From assembly GCA_965205015.1 (NCBI GenBank), contig OZ242029.1, forward strand, positions 2,656,001-2,720,000: a stretch of 64,000 nucleotides of DNA. The letters are read 5' to 3'. Within the stretch, counting starts at the first letter, position 1. Each line of letters opens with the position of its first letter. The translations under genes and the position numbers were made by a program. The notes below the pieces were generated by a model that had not been told where the DNA came from, made no database searches, and worked only from the letters and a program-made list of their open reading frames with translations. Below are positions 50,616-59,548 of the stretch, piece after piece. The DNA comes from Candidatus Poribacteria bacterium (GTDB lineage Bacteria > Poribacteria > WGA-4E > WGA-3G).

Positions 50616-51701
50616 ATGGAGAAGCAAAACGAAAAAATGACATTAAACACCCAAATTTCCGAACTGCACCAGCAGGCACTCGTGATAGACTCGCATAACG
50701 ATGCGATTGTGGCACATATCCGTCGAGGGGTAGGGGTTGGGTCACCCAACCCCTGCGACGAAAACACCCAAAATACCACAGATCCCCTTGGTACGATCGC
50801 TTACCTGCGCGGACCTGTGCCGCCTGAAGAGGAAGCTATCGGTATCCAGCTCAACATACCGAAAATGCGGCAGGGAGGTATTGATGCCGCCTTTTTCGCT
50901 GTTGATGTGACACGCGCGTGGAAAAATCATCTCGCCTATGCCTTAGATGCATTCGGTTGGTTCGAGGCAGAAGTGGCAGCAAATGCCAACGATATCTGTA
51001 TCGCACGGAAGGCAAGTGACATCCGAGCAGCGAAAGCCGCTGGCAAACTCGCCGCAGTGCTTGTGATTGAAAATAGCGAAGCTGTCGAACGAAGCCTTAA
51101 TATTCTGCGATCATTGTATACACTTGGTGTTCGCTCAATTGGACTGACCCATAATCTGAATACATGGGCATCGACAGGAAACGATGAAGAGGATATGGGA
51201 GGCGGCTTGACGCGATTCGGTATGGCATTAGTCAAAGAGATGAATCGCCTTGGCATGCTCGTGGATGTTTCCCATATTAGTGAGCGTGGATTTTGGGATG
51301 TGCTGGAAATATCGGAACACCCTGTCATTGCGTCCCATAGCAATTGCAAAACCTTGTGTCGTCATTCGCGGAACCTCAGCAATGAGCAGCTAAAAGCTTT
51401 AGCGGCTAATGGCGGGGTTGTCGGTGTCACTTTTGTTCCAGGGTTTATCACTGCTGACGGGTGGACGAAGATGCCTCCGTTGGCGCAGTTGCTCAATCAT
51501 TTTGCCTACGCAATCGACATCGCTGGCATTGATCATGTCGGCATCGGATCAGATTTCGACGGTGGTGGTGATCTACTCAAGGATGCCGGTGAGTTTATTA
51601 AGATCGCTGAAGGTTTAAACGAGCGTGGTTATTCTGATGAAGATATCCGAAAAGTGCTTGGGGAAAATCACCTACGTGTTTTTGAGGCGGCGTGCGGATA
51701 G
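50616..51701 (+). CDS. Membrane dipeptidase (peptidase M19)
   Basis: DSHND, DVSH, ASHSN, RN.S.EQ, HVGIGSDFDG. Confidence 0.92.
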   Translation: MEKQNEKMTLNTQISELHQQALVIDSHNDAIVAHIRRGVGVGSPNPCDENTQNTTDPLGTIAYLRGPVPPEEEAIGIQLNIPKMRQGGIDAAFFAVDVTRAWKNHLAYALDAFGWFEAEVAANANDICIARKASDIRAAKAAGKLAAVLVIENSEAVERSLNILRSLYTLGVRSIGLTHNLNTWASTGNDEEDMGGGLTRFGMALVKEMNRLGMLVDVSHISERGFWDVLEISEHPVIASHSNCKTLCRHSRNLSNEQLKALAANGGVVGVTFVPGFITADGWTKMPPLAQLLNHFAYAIDIAGIDHVGIGSDFDGGGDLLKDAGEFIKIAEGLNERGYSDEDIRKVLGENHLRVFEAACG

Positions 51702-52697
51702 GTCAAGTGTGTCGGAGATAGACTGCCACACCTCATCTACAGTGATTTTTTTCATACAGATATTATCTTTACATTTATCCGTGAATTGCTTACAGGGGTT
51801 GCATGGCACATCGTGACGAATGGTTTGATGTAACCCACCGAGGGGTTGAAATCGGGTGTGGTTGCCGGGACCGAACAAGGCAACAGTGGGTGTTTCGACC
51901 GCTGCGGCAATGTGCATCGGACCGGTATCGTTTGTGAGAAAGAGATCGCACTTTTCAATACAGGCGGCTAACTCCCGAACCTGAAGGTTTCCAGCAAACG
52001 GAACGGCACGCGTAGCCATCAGTTTCGCGACAGTATGTACGAGGTCCGCCTCCTTTTGTCCCCCGAAAATCAGGACCTCAGCATTGAACTGCCGAACCAG
52101 TCTATCCGCAATAGCTGCGAAGCGATCGGGCATCCATTCTCGTAACTTCCAACCTGCCCCTGGAAAGATGCCCACCTTTAAACCTGTCTGGGGAACACCT
52201 GCAGCATCAAACCGCTGCGAAGCATCTGTGCGCTCAGATTCAGCAAGAAACAGTTCGAGTTTTTGATCCACTGCTGGGATTCCGACTGCATGTAACAGAT
52301 CAAAGTAGTGTGCCGTGGCGTGTTTGTTCCCTTGCTCAAGGACCTGAACGGTACAAAGCGCGCCTTTACCAACACGCGCAGTGGCACCGCTAAAATACAT
52401 CAGCAGCGCAGTACGGAATTTCCGCTGTAGGTCAATAGCCAGCGTAAATTTACGTTCACGTAAGACGCGAACAGTCCGTAACATCTCGCCCGTATCCTTA
52501 CCTTTGGCGGACCGATCAAACGTAATTATCTCATTGAGGTGTGGATTTTCTCGAAGGACATCCGCTGACTGTTTTCCGACAAGCATAGCGATATACGCCT
52601 CTGGGAAATGGGCGCGGACCGCTCGAATAGCGGGCGTTGTAAGCACAATGTCGCCAAGGGAGCTGAGGCGAATGAGCAGAATTCTTTGAGAAACCAT
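51672..52697 (-). CDS. GT9 glycosyltransferase (heptosyltransferase-like)
   Basis: RLSSLGDIV, NDTGPMHIAAA...VALFGP. Confidence 0.9.
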   Translation of the reverse strand: MVSQRILLIRLSSLGDIVLTTPAIRAVRAHFPEAYIAMLVGKQSADVLRENPHLNEIITFDRSAKGKDTGEMLRTVRVLRERKFTLAIDLQRKFRTALLMYFSGATARVGKGALCTVQVLEQGNKHATAHYFDLLHAVGIPAVDQKLELFLAESERTDASQRFDAAGVPQTGLKVGIFPGAGWKLREWMPDRFAAIADRLVRQFNAEVLIFGGQKEADLVHTVAKLMATRAVPFAGNLQVRELAACIEKCDLFLTNDTGPMHIAAAVETPTVALFGPGNHTRFQPLGGLHQTIRHDVPCNPCKQFTDKCKDNICMKKITVDEVWQSISDTLDLSARRLKNT

Positions 52698-52701
52698 CTG
52701 T

Positions 52702-53859
52702 TCAACCAACGACCTGTTTTTCGAGATTATTTAGCGCATCTTCAACCAACGTGTCTATATCTAAATTCGATTCTGCGTCCGCTAATTCGGTAAGCGACGC
52801 TCGAGTAGCCGGGTGCTTGGGGACAAAGAGCGAACAACAATCTTGGTGTGGGCGTGTGGATACGTCAAAAGTGCCGATCCGCTGTGCTTTTTCGATAATT
52901 TCAGCCTTATCTTCACCGATAAGTGGACGCAGAATTGGGATATCGGCGATCGCTTCAATCGTTCTAAGGTTTGTTAGGGTTTGGGAAGCGACTTGTGCGA
53001 GGCTTTCGCCAGTGACGAGTGCCTCTGCATTCACCATAGCGGCAATACGCTGGGCAATTCGGGTCATCATTCGCCGATACAGCAGCACTCGGAAGGGTGC
53101 CGGTGTTGCGGCGACGATAAGCTGCTGAAGTTCAGCAAACGGAACGAGATAGACGGTACTGCGATAGTTTGATACGGCTAAAATCTGTGTGAGTTCAATC
53201 ACTTTCTCCAAGGAAGCTTTATCGGTATACGGATAACTGTAGAAGTGAATAAAAACGGCTTTCGCGCCACGTTTTATCATTTGCCACGCCGCAACAGGGG
53301 AATCAATTCCGCCAGACAACATAACGAGCACTTTACCACTCACACCGACTGGCAGCCCCCCAATCCCTGGAATCTTCTCGGTGGAGATATACGCTGCATT
53401 ATGTGTTATTTTCACCCAGCATACTAAGTCGGGATTATGCATATCGGCTCTCGTGCTTGTTTCTTTGACGAGATAGCCCCCAACCTCTGCACTCACCTGC
53501 GGAGAGGTTAATGGAAAGGTTTTATCTGTCCGACGTGTCTCGACTTTAAGGGATTCGTAGGAAGTATTTTGGATGTGCCGTAGAGCAGTCTCTTTAATTG
53601 CGGTGATGTCTCTTTCGGTACGTGAAGAGAGTTCAAAATGAGCAATACCCATGACCTGCCGCAGACGTTTCTTAACTTCCGCGATGTCAGCATTCTGCCC
53701 GAGATGCACGAGAATTCTATCGTGAAGTCGTTCTACTTCTGCGTATCCTGTACCGCGTAGCGCGAGTTTGATGTTATTCACAAGCCGTTTCTCAAAAAAC
53801 ACCCTGTTTTTGCCTTTGAGTCCAACTTCGGCGTAATGAATAGTAAATAATTCTTCCAT
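52702..53859 (-). CDS. thiI: tRNA 4-thiouridine synthase
   Basis: THUMP domain, SGGIDS PP-loop, GESL.QVASQT, DCC. Confidence 0.95.
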   Translation of the reverse strand: MEELFTIHYAEVGLKGKNRVFFEKRLVNNIKLALRGTGYAEVERLHDRILVHLGQNADIAEVKKRLRQVMGIAHFELSSRTERDITAIKETALRHIQNTSYESLKVETRRTDKTFPLTSPQVSAEVGGYLVKETSTRADMHNPDLVCWVKITHNAAYISTEKIPGIGGLPVGVSGKVLVMLSGGIDSPVAAWQMIKRGAKAVFIHFYSYPYTDKASLEKVIELTQILAVSNYRSTVYLVPFAELQQLIVAATPAPFRVLLYRRMMTRIAQRIAAMVNAEALVTGESLAQVASQTLTNLRTIEAIADIPILRPLIGEDKAEIIEKAQRIGTFDVSTRPHQDCCSLFVPKHPATRASLTELADAESNLDIDTLVEDALNNLEKQVVG

Positions 53860-53931
53860 CTTTTTAATTTATGGCCTCCTGGGCTGCGCTCCGCTCCGCT
53901 TACGCGCAGGTTCTTTGTCTCGTCCAAAACG

Positions 53932-54015
53932 CGTAGCTCGTAATGAAATAGAGAGCGGATTTCAGAACGGGACGTTAGCGCACAAACCCACGTCACTTAA
54001 CCGCAAGGAATAATT
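53932..54015. repeat. Dispersed ~84-bp repeat, copy 2
   Basis: Matches 49455-49538. Confidence 0.8.
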
Positions 54016-54109
54016 ATAGTAAGTCCCACAATTACGTGGACACTGGGGCGAGGTTAAAAACCTCGCCAGCGGGATGCAGGATGGTGCTGCTGCTCCCTGA
54101 GGTGTTAAC

Positions 54110-54862
54110 TTATTTTTCGACTTTACTATAAAAAGTCCGAACAGCATCCGTCAAACGAAAGTGAAGTTTGGCAACGTCCTCCAACGTAGCACTTCCATGC
54201 CGTGCGACTAATTCTTTACCCGCTTCTACGACTTGATACGCACCTCTCGGCAAACGCATCTCATATTTTTCCGACAGGATTTCCATGGCATTCAGAAAAG
54301 CATCTCGAGCGATGATAGAGGCGGCAGCAACGGCAATATCCCGTTCTGCTTTTGGGACCTGTATTATCTCTATCCCTAAGTGGATACCACGGGCAATTCC
54401 GCCTTGAAATGGAACAGGGGCATCTTGTTGCAAACGTGGTTTTCCCCTCATGCGTTGGCTGAGTTCTTGTGTGATGAGATCGTCCTTAGAAAATCTGTCA
54501 ACCAGCGTGTGTTTCGCGCCGACCCGAGCCGCTAAAGTATGAATGGCTTCTGCATGAAGTGATGCCAAAAGGTGGTTTAAGTTTTGTCCTCGCCTACGGA
54601 AATCGTTATAAAGGGAATTATACGCCTTCGGCATTCTTTCCACGACGACAATATGTCGTTCATAGTGCTGGTGCATCAATTCAGCAAGGTTCCGAATACG
54701 ACGATTTGAGAGTGTTTTCCCATCGGCGACCCCCAAATCCGAGAGCGTTTCTCGACAGTCTGCATCCACGTAGACGGCTGCGACGACGAGCGGACCGAAA
54801 TAATCACCCTTTCCTGCTTCATCTGTGCCGATCCATGCGTCCCAATTGTGTATTGTGTTCAT
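54110..54862 (-). CDS. rnhC: Ribonuclease HIII-like catalytic domain
   Basis: IGTDEAGKGDYFGPLVV, VAAASIIAR, AKLHF; no N-terminal TBP-like domain. Confidence 0.8.
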   Translation of the reverse strand: MNTIHNWDAWIGTDEAGKGDYFGPLVVAAVYVDADCRETLSDLGVADGKTLSNRRIRNLAELMHQHYERHIVVVERMPKAYNSLYNDFRRRGQNLNHLLASLHAEAIHTLAARVGAKHTLVDRFSKDDLITQELSQRMRGKPRLQQDAPVPFQGGIARGIHLGIEIIQVPKAERDIAVAAASIIARDAFLNAMEILSEKYEMRLPRGAYQVVEAGKELVARHGSATLEDVAKLHFRLTDAVRTFYSKVEK

Positions 54863-54911
54863 GGCATCTACTGCGATTTGTGTGTCTCGTATTTCTGTAT
54901 TGTTTCTGTTC

Positions 54912-55481
54912 TTATGCTGAATCCCGAAGTGTGGCGAATTCGGTAACCTGTTTGCCCACGGCTTTGACGCGTCCCGTCAATTCAGCATCGTATAAATTAC
55001 CGTCCGCATCAAACGCCTCAGATGAGTTTGGGATTGATACGTCGTTTGGTACAACCCATGCGTGAAGAGCAGTGCCTACCGTCCGTAACATAGAAAGCGC
55101 GTTCACCGCGCCCATTCGTCCCCCGGATACACCGATGAGTCCGATCACCTTATTCTCAAATTCATCGAATCCCATCAGATCGAGTGCGCTTTTAAGGACA
55201 CCACTAAAACTTCCGTGGTATTCGGGCGATCCGAGAAGTATACCGTGTGCGCGTTTCACCTTTTCCCGTAACTTGAAAACCCCAGGCGGATAGTCGCTTT
55301 CGCTGGCGACAGAACCTTGGAAAACGAGGTCATATTCACCGAGTTCAAGCAACTCGACCTCGGCACCGGCGTCTTTAGCAGCAGAGAGCGCAATCTGGAG
55401 CGCAGCATGTGTTGAACTCCCCTGTCGCAAACTCCCACAGATGGCAACAACATAGATGGATCGATCATCGGTACTCTTCAT
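54912..55481 (-). CDS. NADPH-dependent FMN reductase
   Basis: GSLR.GS, SPEYHGSFSGVLK.ALD. Confidence 0.92.
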   Translation of the reverse strand: MKSTDDRSIYVVAICGSLRQGSSTHAALQIALSAAKDAGAEVELLELGEYDLVFQGSVASESDYPPGVFKLREKVKRAHGILLGSPEYHGSFSGVLKSALDLMGFDEFENKVIGLIGVSGGRMGAVNALSMLRTVGTALHAWVVPNDVSIPNSSEAFDADGNLYDAELTGRVKAVGKQVTEFATLRDSA

Positions 55482-55685
55482 TTTGGCATCCTTTTCAGAA
55501 AAAATAAGATGGGGCAATCGTCGTCAATGCAGCTTCTAAAACATATTGAAGAAACACCCAAGCAAATAAACCTTGTGGGACTAAAGTGTTCTTTTCCTAC
55601 ACACCCTTAGCATATCACAGAAATTAGGGTATGTCAAAGGATTTTTATCTGTTTCCAGTAGAAAACGCGCAAATGCAAATTTTCC

Positions 55686-55715
55686 TTGACATATTTGGGT
55701 GCTTTCCTATATCAT
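55686..55715 (+). promoter_or_regulatory. Sigma-70 promoter, duplicated at 57118-57147
   Basis: TTGACA-N18-TATCAT in both copies, followed by a homologous ~70-nt leader. Confidence 0.7.
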
Positions 55716-55787
55716 ATTCCTATGCGTTAAAACGCGGGTCTCTTTTTAAGATTCGCACAGTGCGTTAATTTTGTTTTAGACATGAGG

Positions 55788-56202
55788 GGTCGTTCCTAAA
55801 TAGTTGTTTTTCTTGCTTTTTCTATGTTTCGCGGTAAATGTAGGCATTTTGAGGGGTTCAAGTCCCCTCTCCCGCATCCCAGTAGCATCGTGCGATACCC
55901 AAGCACACCCGACGAAAACCACGTCGGTTCTACTGTGAGGGGTTCATACACGAGTGAGACGAACCCTGACACTGTGAGGACACTCGGAAGTAAAATAAGG
56001 CGTTAGCATTTCGGTGTTAACTTTGTGGGTTACACCATACCTCGCGCAACCTTGAGGTATGCAAGCCGCGTATCGCTTCTGACGACGTATCAGACGACAC
56101 TGGTGATATTCAGGCTTAGAGGCTGTCGAGTCTCGTCATAAGGGGGTAGGATCCCCGTAGAAATCTGTGGGTTTAAATAGAAATACATAGATTTTTACTA
56201 AC
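55788..56202 (+). ncRNA. 415-nt structured RNA element inserted in the RBS, copy B
   Basis: Homologous to 34176-34575; absent from the homologous leader of paralog 57229-58023. Confidence 0.85.
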
Positions 56203-56212
56203 AGATATATTC

Positions 56213-57004
56213 ATGCGTTTAATGTTGTATTTATTTGCCGTTTCACTCTTAATGGTAGGCAGTGCGCTTACCACACACGCTGTGGTCCAAGACGACGGCT
56301 TAATCCTTTATTTCAGTTTCGATGACGCAAAAAACGGAACAATTATGGATGAAACCGGTGGCGGAAATGATGGTGTCGTTGATGGCGCAGAGATTGCTAC
56401 CGACGAAGTCGTCTACGGCAAGGGATCCTTGTTATGTGATGACGGTAATGACAGTGTGTCGGTTGATACTTTTAAAGAATTAGAGGAATATACAGACAAT
56501 TCCTATCTTTTCTGGCTCAATTTCACCGACGTGAATTCCGGGGCGTGGAATCAAATCATAGCAAAAAAAGCACCCGGTTCTGACCGTTCTCCGGGGATAT
56601 GGACTTGTAACCGCGCCAGTTTGCATATCCACTATCGGTTCAATCCGGGTAACCAAGGCACACTCTGTGCGGGTCCCGAGGGAGAAGATGACGAATTTGC
56701 AGTCGGGGACTGGCATCACATTGCAGGTGTCAAAGAGGGTGACCAGTTGAAGTTCTATGTTGATGGAGAAGTCGTTGTGGAGCAGAGTGTTCCGGCGAGT
56801 CACGCGCAAGGTGCGGAGAAACTCTATATCGGTAAAACGGGTTATAACGCTGCGCTCTTCTACATTGATGACCTCTATGTCTATGACAGAGCACTCAGTG
56901 CCGATGAAGTAGAAAATATCATGGAGGGGGGGCTTCTCACGCCTGTGGAACCTCAGGACAAACTCGCCACGACGTGGGGACACCTGAAAACACGCCGTGA
57001 TTAA
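56213..57004 (+). CDS. Secreted LamG-like protein (acidic member of pair)
   Basis: Signal peptide; LILYFSFD, WHHIAGV, IDDL.VYDRALS; TPVEPQDKLATTW tail. Confidence 0.88.
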   Translation: MRLMLYLFAVSLLMVGSALTTHAVVQDDGLILYFSFDDAKNGTIMDETGGGNDGVVDGAEIATDEVVYGKGSLLCDDGNDSVSVDTFKELEEYTDNSYLFWLNFTDVNSGAWNQIIAKKAPGSDRSPGIWTCNRASLHIHYRFNPGNQGTLCAGPEGEDDEFAVGDWHHIAGVKEGDQLKFYVDGEVVVEQSVPASHAQGAEKLYIGKTGYNAALFYIDDLYVYDRALSADEVENIMEGGLLTPVEPQDKLATTWGHLKTRRD

Positions 57005-57228
57005 TTTCGTTCTTCCCTGAAACAACTTGTAGGGACGGCTTCTATGTCGTCCCACATCTATTTCCCCATTTGTGTCTGCCTATTTCTCGAATACACACCC
57101 CACCGCACATATTTTCCTTGACATCTTTAAGTTTTTTCGTGTATCATATTCTCACGAGTTAAAACGCGGGTCCTTTTTAAAGACTCACACAGTATGTTAA
57201 CTTTGTTTCAGACATGAGGAGGTTACTC

Positions 57229-58023
57229 ATGCGTTCAGTTATGTATGTACTCGCCGTTGCCCTATTAGTCATAGGCAGCGCACTCTCCACAGATGCCGCA
57301 AAGGTCGAAGATAAGGGGTTAATCCTTTACTTCAGTTTCGATGAAGCAAAAGGCGGAAATCTTGAAGATGGAACCGGTGGCGGAAATAACGGTGAAATCG
57401 TTGATGGGGCGAAGATTGTCAAGGATGAAGTTGTCCATGGCAAAGGTTCAATGTTATTTGCCAAGCCGGGGGACAGTGTGCAGGTCGATTCCTTCAAAGA
57501 ATTAGAAGATTATACGGACAACTCCTATCTCTTCTGGCTCAACTTTACGGATCCAAACTCCGGTGGCTGGGATCAGATTATTGCAAAAAAAGCTCCCGGC
57601 TCTGACCGTTCACCCGGTATATGGACCTGTAACCGTGTACCTCTGTATATCCACTACCGGTTTAATCCCGGTAACGCCGGCACGCATTGTGCAGGTCCCG
57701 ATGGAGAAAACGACACATTTGATGAGAATAAGTGGTATCACATTGCAGGGGTCAAAGAGGATGCCCAGTTGATGTTCTATGTCGATGGAAAAGAGGTTGT
57801 GAAGATAGCCGTTCCGAAGGATCACGCACAAGGTGCGGAGAAACTTTACATCGGTAAAACGGGTTATAACGCTGCGAAGTTTTACATTGACGATCTCTAC
57901 GTTTACGACAGAGCCCTGAGTGCGAAAGAGGTTGTAAACGTTATGGAGGGTGGACTACTTCCTGTTGAACCTCAAGACAAGCTCGCCTCTACGTGGGGAC
58001 AACTGAAAAGAAATCGTGACTAA
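57229..58023 (+). CDS. Secreted LamG-like protein (Lys-rich member of pair)
   Basis: Close paralog of 56213-57004; intact GAGGAGG RBS; LPVEPQDKLASTW tail. Confidence 0.88.
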   Translation: MRSVMYVLAVALLVIGSALSTDAAKVEDKGLILYFSFDEAKGGNLEDGTGGGNNGEIVDGAKIVKDEVVHGKGSMLFAKPGDSVQVDSFKELEDYTDNSYLFWLNFTDPNSGGWDQIIAKKAPGSDRSPGIWTCNRVPLYIHYRFNPGNAGTHCAGPDGENDTFDENKWYHIAGVKEDAQLMFYVDGKEVVKIAVPKDHAQGAEKLYIGKTGYNAAKFYIDDLYVYDRALSAKEVVNVMEGGLLPVEPQDKLASTWGQLKRNRD

Positions 58024-58192
58024 TTTCACACCCTGAAAAATGTAGGGACGGTGCCCTGAAGATTAAGAATTTAATTCGGTAATATGTGGGCAGGCACAAG
58101 ACCTGCCCTACAATGTCTTTTTTGGGATAGGATTACCGAAATATTTATTTAAACTTCATTATGCTGTCCCACACCTACTCTCTCATCGGCGT

Positions 58193-59548
58193 ATGTTTAC
58201 GCATCAATGCCGTCTATTTCCCACAGTGAAAACTTTAATCCCCTTTTTTCTTCTGCTCATTTCGCTTGCATCGATACAAGGATGGTGCGATACTGAACAA
58301 GCACTCAACGGCAGGCTTGAACGCGGTGTACGCTACCTTGACAGCGAACGGTACGATCTGGCACTCGCCGAATTTCAAAGCATCCGAGAGGAATTTACGA
58401 CATCAGAGAATGTTCGGAGTTTCGCCGAATGTTATATCGGTATTGTCTATCAGGAGCTTAACAGTTTCAGCGAGGCCGTATTGGCATATCAGAGGGCTTT
58501 GGCACTGAAAGCCCCGCCGGATGTGCAGGGAACCGCGCACCTTCATTTAGGCATTGTCTACAAGACCCAAGGCGAATTGACGCTTGCTGAAAACCATCTC
58601 AGACAAGCACTCGCCCTGCTTCCTGAAATCGCAGAAGTCCACATCCACCTTGGGGATGTGTATGTACTTCAACACCGCTTGAACGCGGCTGAAACAGCTT
58701 ATCGTGCGGGTATCCGCTTAAATCCTGACCATACCGAGTCCTATTATGGATTGGGCAGGGTGTCAGAACTGCAGGATCGTCTGCAACAGGCAATGGAATA
58801 CTACGATGCCGCGCTTATTCGAAATCAATATCTACCACAGGCGCATTATCGGCGTGCCCTCACTTATCGGCGGCTTGGAGACAGTGAGCAAGCCGCGGCG
58901 GCTATGACACAGTTTCGACACTTGAAAACTTACGAGGACACGCTACATGAGTATCGGGAGGCACTCTATCTAAATCCGAATCTACCGGTGCTATACATCA
59001 AATTAGGGGAGCTTCACGAAGCATATAGCAATTTAACAGCAGCCGTTCGGGTTTATGAAACTGCTATACAGGTGCATCCATCTTACTTACCAGCGTATAC
59101 GCATCTCGGCGAAGTCTTCATCAAACAACGAGCCTTTGAAAAAGCGGCATTGGTGTATCGGAAATCTACAGAAATCGCATCAGACGACCCACAGACATGG
59201 TTGAAGTTGGGGGTCATCTATATCAACCAACAGCAGTTTGAACCGGCGATTGCAGCGTTTAAGCGTGCAATCGTTGTAGATAGCACAGCAGCGGCAGCCT
59301 ATAACAACTTGGCGCGCCTTTATGCTGGACTCGGTAAAGAGATGCAACGGGCGATTGACTTAGCGAAACATGCTGTCTCTTTGGAACCAAGTGCGAGACA
59401 CTACGATACGCTTGCATACACCTACTACCGCAACACACAATATGCGGAAGCTTCGGAAGCGATTCATCGTGCCCTCGCGCTGGCACCAGATGTAGACGCC
59501 TACAACAAACTCCTCTTAAAAATTCAAGCGGCGCAGAAGGAGAAATAA
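58193..59548 (+). CDS. Tetratricopeptide-repeat protein, probably exported
   Basis: Many LG..Y...G....A...Y..AL...P repeats; N-terminal hydrophobic segment. Confidence 0.9.
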   Translation: MFTHQCRLFPTVKTLIPFFLLLISLASIQGWCDTEQALNGRLERGVRYLDSERYDLALAEFQSIREEFTTSENVRSFAECYIGIVYQELNSFSEAVLAYQRALALKAPPDVQGTAHLHLGIVYKTQGELTLAENHLRQALALLPEIAEVHIHLGDVYVLQHRLNAAETAYRAGIRLNPDHTESYYGLGRVSELQDRLQQAMEYYDAALIRNQYLPQAHYRRALTYRRLGDSEQAAAAMTQFRHLKTYEDTLHEYREALYLNPNLPVLYIKLGELHEAYSNLTAAVRVYETAIQVHPSYLPAYTHLGEVFIKQRAFEKAALVYRKSTEIASDDPQTWLKLGVIYINQQQFEPAIAAFKRAIVVDSTAAAAYNNLARLYAGLGKEMQRAIDLAKHAVSLEPSARHYDTLAYTYYRNTQYAEASEAIHRALALAPDVDAYNKLLLKIQAAQKEK

